64,000 bases of DNA, from assembly GCA_963701965.1 (NCBI GenBank), contig OY969695.1:2080001-2144000 (forward strand), in the 5' to 3' direction. The DNA is from an uncultured Gemmatimonadales bacterium (GTDB lineage: Bacteria > Gemmatimonadota > Gemmatimonadetes > Gemmatimonadales > Gemmatimonadaceae). Shown piece after piece: positions 1 to 11,393 of the stretch. The notes under the pieces are model-generated. The model saw only the letters and a list, made by a program, of their open reading frames with translations, had not been told where the DNA came from and ran no database searches. Position numbers and translations under genes: made by a program. Within the stretch, counting starts at the first letter, position 1; every line of letters starts with the position of its first letter.

Positions 1-131
1 TAGGTGTTCGCGGCGTCGAAGATGGCGACGATCGTGGGATCGTCGAGCTTCTGCCCGTGGGCCGGAGCGGCGGTGGCGGCCGTGGCGGCGACCAGGGTCA
101 AAAGGGTCGCGGTGTGTCCGAATGCGCGCAT
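1..131 (-). CDS. 5' part of a secreted DUF4142 (ferritin-like) protein; runs off the window
   Basis: Manual translation MRAFGHTATLLTLVAATAATAAPAHGQKLDDPTIVAIFDAANT: signal peptide followed by a typical DUF4142 start. Not in the ORF track. Confidence 0.6.
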   Translation of the reverse strand, partial: MRAFGHTATLLTLVAATAATAAPAHGQKLDDPTIVAIFDAANT

Positions 132-186
132 GAAAGCCTCGGTAGGAGGAAGAGTTGACCCACGGAAGATATGGCGATTAGGCTAA

Positions 187-207
187 TTACAATAGTATTT
201 ATTGTAA
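187..207. promoter_or_regulatory. AT-rich palindromic operator TTACAATA-N5-TATTGTAA
   Basis: Perfect 8-bp inverted repeat in the divergent intergenic region in front of an HTH regulator. Confidence 0.65.
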
Positions 208-245
208 ATATTGTGCCTATCCGGACCGTGGGCTAAATTCGGCAC

Positions 246-869
246 ATGTCAGATCTGGTGGCAGGCGACACCCGGGAGCGCATCGTGCACCAGCTGCGGT
301 GGCGCGAACGGACCGTGGACGAGCTGGCCGCGGCGGTCGGCGTCACGCCGAACGCCGTGCGGCAGCATCTGGCGGTTCTGGAGCGCGACGGGCTGGTCGT
401 CCGGCGAGGACCGCGGCGGGAGGGGACCGTGGGCAAGCCGGCCACGGTGTACGAGATCGCGCCCGCGGCCCGATCGTCGTTCTCGGCGGCGTATGCCCCG
501 GCCCTGGTCGCCGTGCTGGGCGCCCTACCCGACTACTTGCCGAAGCTTGGACTGGAGAGCCTGTTCCGGGATGTCGGTGTCCGGCTCGCCGCCGGTATCC
601 CTCCCGCCCGGGCGGGATTCGACGAGCGCGTCCGGGCCGCCGCCGGCGTCCTCGACTCCCTCGGCGCCCTCACCGAAGTCATTCCCGGGTCGGACGGCGT
701 CGTGACGATCTGCGGCGCCAGCTGCCCGCTCGCCGACGCTGTGGCCGCCCGGCCGGAGCTCTGCCACGCCGTCGAGGCTATGCTCCACGCCGTCTCCGGC
801 CTCGACGTCCGCGAGGCGTGCGATCACACCGGCGTCCCCCGCTGCCGCTTTCGGTTACACCCGGCCTGA
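246..869 (+). CDS. ArsR/SufR-like (COG2345) HTH transcriptional regulator with C-terminal Cys ligands
   Basis: N-terminal wHTH (TVDELAAAVGVTPNAVRQHLAVLERDGLV, GKPATVY); C-terminal CPL...ELC...C...CRF. Confidence 0.8.
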   Translation: MSDLVAGDTRERIVHQLRWRERTVDELAAAVGVTPNAVRQHLAVLERDGLVVRRGPRREGTVGKPATVYEIAPAARSSFSAAYAPALVAVLGALPDYLPKLGLESLFRDVGVRLAAGIPPARAGFDERVRAAAGVLDSLGALTEVIPGSDGVVTICGASCPLADAVAARPELCHAVEAMLHAVSGLDVREACDHTGVPRCRFRLHPA

Positions 870-874
870 CCTTC

Positions 875-3328
875 CTATAACGGCGCCGCCATTGCCGCCA
901 TCCCGACGGGCGACAAGGGAATGGCCGCCGATTTCCGGCGGACCCCGAAGAACCGCGCGTCCATCTCGGCGGCCGTCACCGGCCGCGAAAAGTGAAAGCC
1001 CTGTCCCAGCTCGCAGCCCAGCGCCTGCAGGCGCGCGCGCTGGTCCGGCTCTTCGATGCCTTCGGCGATCGTCCGCACGGCCAGCGTGCTGCCCAGCGTG
1101 ATGATGGCTTGGGCCAGCCCTTGGCGCCCGCTGTCTTTGCCGATCTCGTCGACGAACGGCTTGGCGATCTTGAGAATGTCGATCGGAAACCGTTGCAGAT
1201 ACGACAGCGACGAATACCCGGTGCCGAAGTCGTCGATCGCCAACCGCACGCCGAGCTCCTTGAGCGCTTGCAGCGTGGTGAGCACGACCGGCGTCTGCTC
1301 GGTCAGCACGCTCTCCGTCAGCTCGAGAATGAGCGCGCGCGGATCGATGCCCGACGTCGTGAGCGCGGTGCGCACATCGGCGACCACCTGCGGTGTCTGC
1401 AGCTGGCGCGCGGAGACGTTCACCGTGATGGCGAGCGGCGTCGTGCCCGGCTCCCGCGCCGCGTAGCGCTTGTGCCAGACGCTGGCTTGCCGACACGCCT
1501 CCTGCAGCACCCACGCCCCGAGGGGGATGATGAGCCCCGTCTCCTCGGCCAGACTGATGAACTGGCCTGGCGCCAGGAGCCCCCGCCACGGATGCTGCCA
1601 GCGCACCAGCGCCTCGACACCGGTGATCTCGCCCGTCTCCAGAATGACGATCGGCTGGTAGTGCAGCACGAACTGCCCCGTCTCGACCGCGCGCCGCAGG
1701 TCGGTCTCCAGCTCCATCCGCTCCAGCGCGACCGTCCGCATCTCCGGCACGAAGAACTCACACCGGCCTTTGCCCCGCGCCTTCGCCATGTACATGGCCA
1801 CATCGGCATTGCGCAGCAGATCGTCCGCGTTGTCCCCTGGCCCCACGGTCGCGATGCCAAGACTGGCGCCGACGAACACATTCCGGCCTTCCAGCGCGAA
1901 CGGCCGCGCCAGCGTGGCCAGGATGCGCTCGGTGATGAGCGCGCATCCCTTGGTCTCGACCGGATCCTCGATGAGGATCGCGAACTCATCGCCGCCCAGC
2001 CGGGCGACCGTGTCGGTGGCCCGCACGCAGGCCAGGAGGCGGCGCGACGCCTCGACCAGGAGCGCGTCGCCGATCGCGTGGCCCAGGCTGTCGTTGACGG
2101 TCTTGAAGTTGTCGAGATCGAGGAAGACGAGCGCCAGCGGATTCTGCTGCTGCCGTTGCGCGCGAATGAGCGCGTGCTCGGTGCGATCGCGGAGCAGCGA
2201 CCGGTTGGCCAGCCCCGTCAGCGCATCGTGCAGCGCCTCGTGGCGGAACCGCGCCTCCTGCTGCGCGCGCTCGCCCAGGAGCCGCAGGTTGTCCCGCGCC
2301 GCCAGCACCTGGCGGCAGGCCACGAGCAGCGTGAGCGTGACCGCTCCCAGGAGCACGACTTTGAGATCGGTGCCCCAATACGGGGCCGCGACCAGGAACA
2401 GGAGCCCGAAGCCCGCGGCGACCGAGACGTAGGGGAGCAGCGACAGCCGCGGCTTCGGCGCGAACACCGTCGTCGTGGCGTCCGGGACCCGGGCCGCCGC
2501 CGTCCGCGCCTGGAGGCGCGCGGCCAGCGCGAACAACGTCCCGTCCAAAAGCCAGATCCAGTCGATCGCGTCGCCGGTGTGATACGCGCCGGCCAATCGC
2601 ATGTTGCCGTACAAGAGATCGGCCACGAAGCCGACCGTCAGGGAGCAGGCGATGATGCGGAGCGGCAGCCGTGAGACCTGCGCCGGCACCCGGGCCAGGA
2701 TCGCGGCCACGGTAACGACCACGACGAGATCGGCGATCGGAAACGCCACCGCTCGGGCCAGCAACAACCCCGAGCTGTGCTCGGCCACCGCGATCGGCCG
2801 GAGCGCGAAGTACCAAGACAGCATCCCGCCACCAACGAACACTGTAGCCACATCGAGCCAGTATTTGGCCCGTTCTGACACGGCGCGCGGAGCCGCCGGG
2901 AAATTCAGGAGGCCAGCCACCCAGAGCGGAAAGCCGCAGATGGAAATGATGTCGACCCAAACCGGCGCGTCCTCGGTCTTGGTCGCGATCTCGAACCATA
3001 ACCAGAGCGAGTCGCCTATCGCCGTGCACATCCCGGCCAGAGCGAATAGCGACCACGCCCGGCGCGTTGCCGCGTCCAGCGTCGGCCGGCGCGAGGCGTA
3101 GAACGACAGCGCGGCCGCCACGAAATAGACCGGGAGATAGTAGAACGACAGCGCGGTATCGCGAGCAGCCGGACTGCCCCGCCACAGCACGTCGATCAGC
3201 ACCCAGCCAAGCAGATAGGCGATCGCAATAGCGATATCGCCCCACGGGCGGGGACCGTGTCCCTCGGCGACCACACTCGGCGGCCCGTCCACCGACGCGC
3301 GACGGTTCATCATGGGTTGGGCGCTCAC
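875..3328 (-). CDS. Membrane-bound GGDEF-EAL diguanylate cyclase/phosphodiesterase
   Basis: Multi-TM N-terminus; DLDNFKTVNDSLGH, RLGGDEF, VEALVRW, DDFGTGYSSL, AEGIE. Start may be the ATG at 3313. Confidence 0.95.
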   Translation of the reverse strand: MSAQPMMNRRASVDGPPSVVAEGHGPRPWGDIAIAIAYLLGWVLIDVLWRGSPAARDTALSFYYLPVYFVAAALSFYASRRPTLDAATRRAWSLFALAGMCTAIGDSLWLWFEIATKTEDAPVWVDIISICGFPLWVAGLLNFPAAPRAVSERAKYWLDVATVFVGGGMLSWYFALRPIAVAEHSSGLLLARAVAFPIADLVVVVTVAAILARVPAQVSRLPLRIIACSLTVGFVADLLYGNMRLAGAYHTGDAIDWIWLLDGTLFALAARLQARTAAARVPDATTTVFAPKPRLSLLPYVSVAAGFGLLFLVAAPYWGTDLKVVLLGAVTLTLLVACRQVLAARDNLRLLGERAQQEARFRHEALHDALTGLANRSLLRDRTEHALIRAQRQQQNPLALVFLDLDNFKTVNDSLGHAIGDALLVEASRRLLACVRATDTVARLGGDEFAILIEDPVETKGCALITERILATLARPFALEGRNVFVGASLGIATVGPGDNADDLLRNADVAMYMAKARGKGRCEFFVPEMRTVALERMELETDLRRAVETGQFVLHYQPIVILETGEITGVEALVRWQHPWRGLLAPGQFISLAEETGLIIPLGAWVLQEACRQASVWHKRYAAREPGTTPLAITVNVSARQLQTPQVVADVRTALTTSGIDPRALILELTESVLTEQTPVVLTTLQALKELGVRLAIDDFGTGYSSLSYLQRFPIDILKIAKPFVDEIGKDSGRQGLAQAIITLGSTLAVRTIAEGIEEPDQRARLQALGCELGQGFHFSRPVTAAEMDARFFGVRRKSAAIPLSPVGMAAMAAPL

Positions 3329-3499
3329 TAACCCATGGGACGATCAGGTTGCGTCCGCGGAACAGCTCGCCACAGTCAGCAGCTGATCAAATTGTGACAC
3401 CAAATGCTGTGGCCAAAATGCCCGAATCAGTTGTTCGTGGATTCTGAATCGCTAGTTTCCGGTCGAGCTCGTCAACTCGGGGCCTCCGGTTGGAGTGCC

Positions 3500-3612
3500 C
3501 GCGATAACGGCAAACCCGGCGAAAGCCGGCGACGCAAAGCCTCGAGGCTACCGTGTGCCCGGGTCGTCTACTCGACCCTGTCGGTGCGCCATGCTGGTCG
3601 GGCCGCCGAACG
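3500..3612 (+). ncRNA. c-di-GMP-I (GEMM) riboswitch
   Basis: GGCAAACCCGGC-GAAA-GCCGGCGACGCAAAGC...GCCGCCGAA matches the GEMM-I core (GGCAAACC, GNRA-capped P2, GACGCAAAGC junction, 3' GCCGA); lies in the 5' UTR of the gene at 3635. Confidence 0.88.
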
Positions 3613-3634
3613 GTCATTTGGATGGAGGCACACA

Positions 3635-5107
3635 ATGGACCGCAGGACATCGCTCGCCGCCGCGGCGCTCGTCGCGGCGTGTGTGGTCGCATGCACCCCC
3701 GCCGATCACGACCCCGTAGCACCCCCCGCCAGCCCGGAAGCCCGGTTGAATGCCGGCGCGCTCTCGGCCCAGTCGGTCACGCCGTCATCGACGGCGTGGA
3801 TGAACTCCGCCACGCAGCAGACGATCAAAGGGTGGGGGCTCTACCCCGCCGCCGGCACCGGGGCGTTCTTCAACCGCCCCACGATCCAGGACGCGCTGTA
3901 CAACATGGGTGCGACGCTCGTTCGCGAGCAGATCGACCCGTCGCTCTACGTCAGTGGGACGACGTTGGCCAACATGACGCTCAACACGTCGCTGTTGAAC
4001 GGCTACATCACGAAGATCCAGTACGCGAAGGCGCACGGAGTCACCGGCTACATCATGTCGGTGTGGAGTCCGCCGGCCGTGTTCAAGACCAACAACTCGA
4101 TCTTGGGCGAAGTGAACGGCGTCATCGGCAGCCTCAAGACCGGGAGCGAGGACGCGTTCACCGCCTATCTCACGCGTGTCGTCTGGACGCTCAGCAAGAG
4201 CGCGATCGGCGCCCCGCTGGCCATCAGCATCCAGAATGAACCGGAGGTCGCCGCGGGATATGGCGGCAATACCTACGGGGTCGCGCAGTGGCAACGGGTG
4301 ATGCAGAAAGTGCGCGGCTCGTTCGACTACAATGGCCTCTCGAACGTCACGCTCATCGGCCCGGAGACCGGGCAATACACGATCCCGATCTATTCGAACT
4401 ACCTCACGAATGCGCCAGGCTACTTCGGTGGCCCCGGGTATCCGGCCCTGACGGGATACATGGATCACGCGCTGGGGGCGTACGCGTTCCACACATATGC
4501 CGAGTGCAGCATCAACCCGACGCTGGCGGCAATCAAGGCGCACCCGAAGGACATGTGGATGACCGAGTATGGCAATCCGCAGGGCTCCGACGAGCTGGCG
4601 TGGACGCTGGACATGGCGAGCGCGCTGGCCGCGCACCTGGTGATCATCCCACACAACTACTGGTTCTGGTGGATGGGCTACGCGGTGTCATCCAGCGCGC
4701 CCCCGTTCGGCCAGCTCCTCTCCGGCACCACGACGCCCATCTACTCCAAGCGGTACTACGTCCTGCAGAAGCTCTGGACCACGGTGCGTCCCGGCTGGCG
4801 CGTCCACACAATGACGTCTTCCGACCCCACGATGCCGGCGAGCTTCGGCTCGCAGGATCCCTGCACCGCCCGCATCAACATCTCGTCGTTCACCAGCGCG
4901 GATGGGACGCAAGCGGTGATCATGTTCGTCAACACCACGGTCAACAACAAGCAGATTCAAGTCCAGAACCTGCCCGGCGCCGCGCAGCACTCGTGGCGGA
5001 CCGACGCCTCGAACAACATGGTCGCCCAGACGGCGTCCAATGTCTACAAGGGTGCGTCGACCGTCTCGGTGCCCGCGCACAGCGTCGTGATCGCCCTGAT
5101 GAACTGA
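3635..5107 (+). CDS. Secreted/lipoprotein glycoside hydrolase, clan GH-A, GH30-like
   Basis: GGAGG RBS before ATG 3635; lipobox-like VVAC; SVWSPP, SIQNEP (acid/base), WMTE (nucleophile); C-terminal beta-sandwich ending VPAHSVV. Confidence 0.8.
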   Translation: MDRRTSLAAAALVAACVVACTPADHDPVAPPASPEARLNAGALSAQSVTPSSTAWMNSATQQTIKGWGLYPAAGTGAFFNRPTIQDALYNMGATLVREQIDPSLYVSGTTLANMTLNTSLLNGYITKIQYAKAHGVTGYIMSVWSPPAVFKTNNSILGEVNGVIGSLKTGSEDAFTAYLTRVVWTLSKSAIGAPLAISIQNEPEVAAGYGGNTYGVAQWQRVMQKVRGSFDYNGLSNVTLIGPETGQYTIPIYSNYLTNAPGYFGGPGYPALTGYMDHALGAYAFHTYAECSINPTLAAIKAHPKDMWMTEYGNPQGSDELAWTLDMASALAAHLVIIPHNYWFWWMGYAVSSSAPPFGQLLSGTTTPIYSKRYYVLQKLWTTVRPGWRVHTMTSSDPTMPASFGSQDPCTARINISSFTSADGTQAVIMFVNTTVNNKQIQVQNLPGAAQHSWRTDASNNMVAQTASNVYKGASTVSVPAHSVVIALMN

Positions 5108-5452
5108 TTACCCCGACCCTCCGCGCCGCCGATAGGCGGCGTGGAGCAGGTCGGCGATGACGGACCAGTTGGGTCGGCGGTTCAACCGAACGCCGACCCA
5201 ACCTTTTGCTCCCACGTAGGGCGGCACGAAGAAGCGCTTCGGATCGGCACGCACGAGCTGATCTTGCTCGAAGAGCGTGCTCAAGAGCCAGACGGATGGG
5301 ATGCCCTGTCCATGATGATTGTCGCCGTTGGCGTACGTGGCGAACATCTTGTTCTTCACCCGGAACGTGGGCTCGCCCCACGCGGTGACCTCGTGGGCGG
5401 CGGGAAACGCGAGACAGATTGTGCGGACCTTGTCGAGCCCCGGAGCCGCCAT
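5108..5452 (-). CDS. MmcQ/YjbR family protein
   Basis: WGEPTFRVKNKMFA and FFVPPYVGAKGWVGVRL motifs. Confidence 0.85.
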   Translation of the reverse strand: MAAPGLDKVRTICLAFPAAHEVTAWGEPTFRVKNKMFATYANGDNHHGQGIPSVWLLSTLFEQDQLVRADPKRFFVPPYVGAKGWVGVRLNRRPNWSVIADLLHAAYRRRGGSG

Positions 5453-5461
5453 ACGGGCAAA

Positions 5462-7303
5462 CTACGCCGCGGCCTTCCCCTCGCGGAAGAACTGCACCAG
5501 TGCTTGCATCGCCTCGGCCTGCGCCGACATCTCCTGCGCCGTCGCCGCCAGATCCTCGGCCGCGCTCGAGTTCTGCGTCGCCACGGCCGACACCTGCTGC
5601 ATCGCGGCATTGATCTCGGCGATGCCGGTCGACTGGTCGGCCGAGGCCGCCGAGACATCGTGCACGATGGACATGGTCTGCGCCATCGACTGCACCAGCT
5701 CGGACAGGATCGTGCCCGAGCGCGCCGTGATCTTCTCGCTGGTCGACGCCATCTCGCGGATGTCCACCGCGGCCCGCCGGCTGCGCTCGGAGAGCGCCCG
5801 CACCTCGGTGGCGACAACCGCGAAACCTCTCCCCTGCTCGCCCGCGCGGGCCGCCTCAATGGAGGCGTTGAGCGCCAGCACGTTGGTCTCCGTCGCGATC
5901 TCGTCGATCACCGCGATCCGGGCCAGGATGTTCCGCATCATCGCGATGGTCTCGCGGACCGCGGTGCTGCCCTCTTCCATGTTGCGCGTGTCGCGCTCCG
6001 CCATTGTGCGGAGATCGACGCCGTGCCGCGCCGTCTGCGTGGCCAGGGTGTTGACCTTCTCGACGTGCGCCAGCGTGCTCTGCACCGCCGCCGTCTCGTC
6101 CCGCGTGCCACCGGACAGGGTCTGCGCCGAAGCCGCGACCTGGGTCGCCGCCGATGCGATGGCCCCCGCGCTGCCCCGCAGCGAGGACGCCGTCCGCGCC
6201 AATGTCTCGGTCATGCCGACGAACGCGTGGGCAAAAGTGTCCTCCGTCGACCGCGGCCGGACCCGGACGCCCACATCGCCGTCGGCGATCGACCGCCCCA
6301 CCTCGGCCATCTCCCGCAGATAGCCCGCCATCGTCGCGAACGCGTTGCCGAGCATGTCGTCGCTCGACCGGGGCTCCACCGCGACCCCGAGATCGCCGGC
6401 AGCCACGCGCTCGGCCACGTGCGCGACATCCCGCAGGTACGCACCCATGCCCGCGAACGCGTTGCCGAACCGGTCGGCATCCGACCGCGGCGTCATGCGC
6501 CGCGACAGATCACCGCGCGCGATCGCTTCGGCCGCCGCCGCCATCTCGTGCAGGTAGGACACCATCGCCTGCATGGCCCGCAGCAGCTGTCCGATCTCAT
6601 CGTCGCTCTTGACGGCGATGGTCATCGACACGTCGCCCTGCGCGATCCGATCCGCGGTGCGCACCGCCTCTTTCATGGGCAGGGTCAAGGATCGCACCGC
6701 GTACACCGCCAGCCCGGCCAGCAGCACGATGGCCACCAACGCGATCGCGATGAGGCGCGTGAACATGGTCCGCTGGAGACGTTCGGCTGCCGTAAACGCC
6801 TCGGCGATCGCTTTGGTGTCGCGCTGCGTCAGGTCGCCCAGAGCCCGGCGGATCGTGCTGTACTCCGTGGCCACCGAATCCTGGGCCGCGACCAGCTCGG
6901 CGTTCCGATCGTGCGCGATCAGGCGCTTGGAGGTTTCCGTCGCCAGCCGCGCGTATCCGGCAAACATCCGGCCAATGGTATCCAGCGCCGCGTGATCGGT
7001 CACCGCGTTGTGCAGGAGACCGGTGCGCGTCGCCTCGAACCGCTCCGCCAGCTGGTCCGCTTCGCGCAGCCGGAGCGCGCTCCCCTCCTGCACGGCATCC
7101 TGCTCGCTGCGCTGCATCGCCAGGATGATCTCTTGCAGGTTCCGGCTGCCTTGCACCGACGGATAGTACCCGTCGCGGATCGACGACAGCCGCTCGCGGT
7201 TCGCGCGGTTCAGCGCCGTCGTCGTCGCCCCGATGACCAACAGGGCGAGCGCCGCGACGCCAGGCATGACGATGATTTTCTGCGCGAAGCTCAGCTTCGG
7301 CAT
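5462..7303 (-). CDS. Methyl-accepting chemotaxis protein with tandem HAMP domains
   Basis: Two TMs, repeated HAMP-like units, [36 protein letters not shown] hairpin. Confidence 0.92.
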   Translation of the reverse strand: MPKLSFAQKIIVMPGVAALALLVIGATTTALNRANRERLSSIRDGYYPSVQGSRNLQEIILAMQRSEQDAVQEGSALRLREADQLAERFEATRTGLLHNAVTDHAALDTIGRMFAGYARLATETSKRLIAHDRNAELVAAQDSVATEYSTIRRALGDLTQRDTKAIAEAFTAAERLQRTMFTRLIAIALVAIVLLAGLAVYAVRSLTLPMKEAVRTADRIAQGDVSMTIAVKSDDEIGQLLRAMQAMVSYLHEMAAAAEAIARGDLSRRMTPRSDADRFGNAFAGMGAYLRDVAHVAERVAAGDLGVAVEPRSSDDMLGNAFATMAGYLREMAEVGRSIADGDVGVRVRPRSTEDTFAHAFVGMTETLARTASSLRGSAGAIASAATQVAASAQTLSGGTRDETAAVQSTLAHVEKVNTLATQTARHGVDLRTMAERDTRNMEEGSTAVRETIAMMRNILARIAVIDEIATETNVLALNASIEAARAGEQGRGFAVVATEVRALSERSRRAAVDIREMASTSEKITARSGTILSELVQSMAQTMSIVHDVSAASADQSTGIAEINAAMQQVSAVATQNSSAAEDLAATAQEMSAQAEAMQALVQFFREGKAAA

Positions 7304-7312
7304 CCGAGATCT

Positions 7313-7714
7313 CTACTGCTGCGCGGGCGGGAACCGAAAATCCTGCTCCACGAGCTGGCGCACTTTGCGCCCGCCCTCTTCCGCGGGATAGAACCGCATC
7401 TCGGGCAACACCCGGCGCACAGAGTTCGTCGAGGCCTCGTCGGTGGCCTTTACGACGGTAAACGTCCCCAGATCGACGCGGCCTGTGGTGTCGACCACGA
7501 ACTGCGCCGTGACCGCGCCGCCTTTGGCGCGCACTCGATCGTCATTAGGGTACTGGGCGTGTGGGTTGCCGGGCCGGGACGAGACCGGCTTCTCCACCTG
7601 GAACTCGAAGTAGGTCTGGTTGGACCCATTCGACGCCAGTTGCGCGGCCTGGGCGACGGCGGTGCCCGACGCGATGAAGGACATCAGCACGGCGGCACAC
7701 TGATATAAACGCAT
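7313..7714 (-). CDS. TonB C-terminal domain protein (secreted)
   Basis: Signal peptide; YFEFQVEKP, QYP, VTAQFVVDTTGRV, RFYPAEEGGRKVRQLVEQDFRF. Confidence 0.8.
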   Translation of the reverse strand: MRLYQCAAVLMSFIASGTAVAQAAQLASNGSNQTYFEFQVEKPVSSRPGNPHAQYPNDDRVRAKGGAVTAQFVVDTTGRVDLGTFTVVKATDEASTNSVRRVLPEMRFYPAEEGGRKVRQLVEQDFRFPPAQQ

Positions 7715-7817
7715 CGGAACGACGATCTCCAATAAGGGCTTCGCTAATAGACGACTCGTATACGCTGTGGTCACTTGGGTTGCGTGATCGGCCCGTTGGT
7801 CCCAAACTCCTGTAGCG

Positions 7818-9665
<1,848 letters not shown>

Positions 9666-9671
9666 AGTCTC

Positions 9672-11103
9672 TTAAAGAGTCAGGGTCACGACCGCGGCGC
9701 TCGCCGCGGGGACAGTGATCCCGAACCCGGTGCTGTCCACCGGCACGCTCTCGGCGGTTCCCGGCGTGAATGTGCCATCCGGCCCGACGGTGCGTCCGGC
9801 GAATGTCACCCCCGCGCTCGCGCCGAGCGACGCGCCGAGGAGACGGAGCGCCGTGGCCCGGGACATGGCACGCGAGGGCACGATGTGCGCGAAGACGGAC
9901 GCGACCGAGTCTTTGTTCACGATCGTCACGCGCACCACGCCGTCGCCGCCCAGTGTGGCGTGCGCCGCCATGTTGGGTGGCGTGCCCGTGATGTGCACGG
10001 GGAGCAACTGGCCGCTGGCGCCGGCCGCGAACGCCAAGAGGCCGTAGTACTCGGGCTTGGCGAGGGCCACGCCCGCGGAATCGCTGATCGGCGAATATCC
10101 CTTGCCGGTCAGGAACCCATGAAAGTTGATGCCGGCGATCCCCGCTTCGGCCAGCGTGTAGGCGTGGTCGACGGCCCACAGCGCCGACGCGTAGACGTCG
10201 GACACGCCGGGCTTGCCGCCACCGGCGCAGTTGTTCGTCTCACCCATCCGGATGGCGATGTGCGCGGCATTGGCCGCATCGGCCACCGCGCGCGCATAGC
10301 TCGCGGTGCGCGCCATGAGCGCGGCGCTCAGCATGTTGCCGATCGTCGGATCCTGGGCGCTGCCGGCGCCGATCGATGGACCGTTGATCATGGGATAGAA
10401 GTGCTGCGTGGCCAGCGCGAGGCGTGGCGCGTCCGCGTCGAGGATTGCCGATAGATAGGCGAGATTGAACGCGCACGCGCACCCGGCCAATCCGACATTG
10501 GTGCGCCGTTCGATCGCCAACAAATACGCGTGGTACTCGGCGACGGCGCTGTCCGGCGCGTACGCGGGGGATCGGTGACCGTTGGCGCTATAGAGATCCG
10601 GCTCGTTCCCGATCTCGAGCCCGCGGAGCTGCGATGCGTTGGGACGGGACGCCAACGCCGCGGCCTCCGCGGCGGCCGTATCCGGATCGAATGTGCCGAG
10701 ATTGAGGCCGAACGTGAAGGGCCAGCCGACGGCGGCCGAGAACGCCATGAGCGTGTCGAATCGCGCGGGTGTGAAGTCGCTGTCCGCGGCGCCAGTGGGA
10801 GACCACGTCGCGTGGTCGTACGTGTTGCCGCCGATGCGTAAGAGGCCAGCCGAACCCAGGCCGGTCACCGAGATGTTGGAACGCGGGATTGGCCAACGCG
10901 CCGAGACCCGACCCCGCGGCAAACTCGAGACTCAAGCCAATGTAATCAACGGGGATCGCGGCGCCGGGCGCGTCCACCGCCACCGCGACGGAGACCGTGT
11001 CGGCCGGCGGCGGGAACACCGCGCGCGGATCCGTGGTATTGCCGCCGCATGCCACGGCGACGGCAGCGACGAGAGTCGCCGCGATGGGCGCGAGCCGCCT
11101 CAG
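9672..11103 (-). CDS. GH79-like (heparanase/beta-glucuronidase) lipoprotein; +1 frameshift at ~10869; start uncertain
   Basis: N-part (LRRLAPIAATLVAAVAVAC...YIGLSLE) in the frame of ORF 10588-11055; C-part LRIGGN, EIGNEPDLY, RMGETN, GVSDVYASALW in the frame of ORF 9672-10922. Removing one G from CTCGGTG joins them. Confidence 0.75.
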
Positions 11104-11267
11104 GAGCGATCGCTCCGAACGGACTCATCCTCCGGACCCGGCGTCTCCACACGCCGCCACGTCGTGCCACCGCACCGTTCGCACGTCAGCCGGTCCGGTG
11201 TCTCATCGGGCAGCAGGCTTTTTTCGTTGCCACACGTTTCGCACGCGATCGTGGTCGCCACGGTCAT
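11100..11267 (-). CDS. 55-aa zinc-ribbon microprotein (two CxxCG motifs)
   Basis: MTVATTIACETCGNEKSLLPDETPDRLTCERCGGTTWRRV...; AGGGG upstream of the ATG. Confidence 0.55.
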   Translation of the reverse strand: MTVATTIACETCGNEKSLLPDETPDRLTCERCGGTTWRRVETPGPEDESVRSDRS

Positions 11268-11393
11268 GCTGCCCCTGTAGCGCAAGGGTCGTGCGAGACA
11301 CCAGATGCCGGTGGTACGAAATAGGCATCCCAGTAGCACGGCTGTATCAGTGACAGCTCGCGTCGCTACATCGTCTTCTTCACGAGGCCGCTT

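Noticed and set aside
3390..3412. TGTGA half-site (possible CRP/FNR box)
   Set aside because: The second half-site TCACA is absent.
3500..3612. c-AMP-GMP (GEMM-Ib) assignment for the riboswitch
   Set aside because: The discriminating position reads G, not A.
5640..6720. Internal repeats in the MCP gene
   Set aside because: Explained by tandem HAMP domains and heptad repeats.
5141..7708. 855-aa plus-strand ORF and many other long Arg/Gly-rich ORFs (e.g. 992-2674, 17211-18947, 26043-27626, 37517-39214)
   Set aside because: Antisense or alternative-frame shadows of real genes in high-GC DNA; no recognisable motifs.
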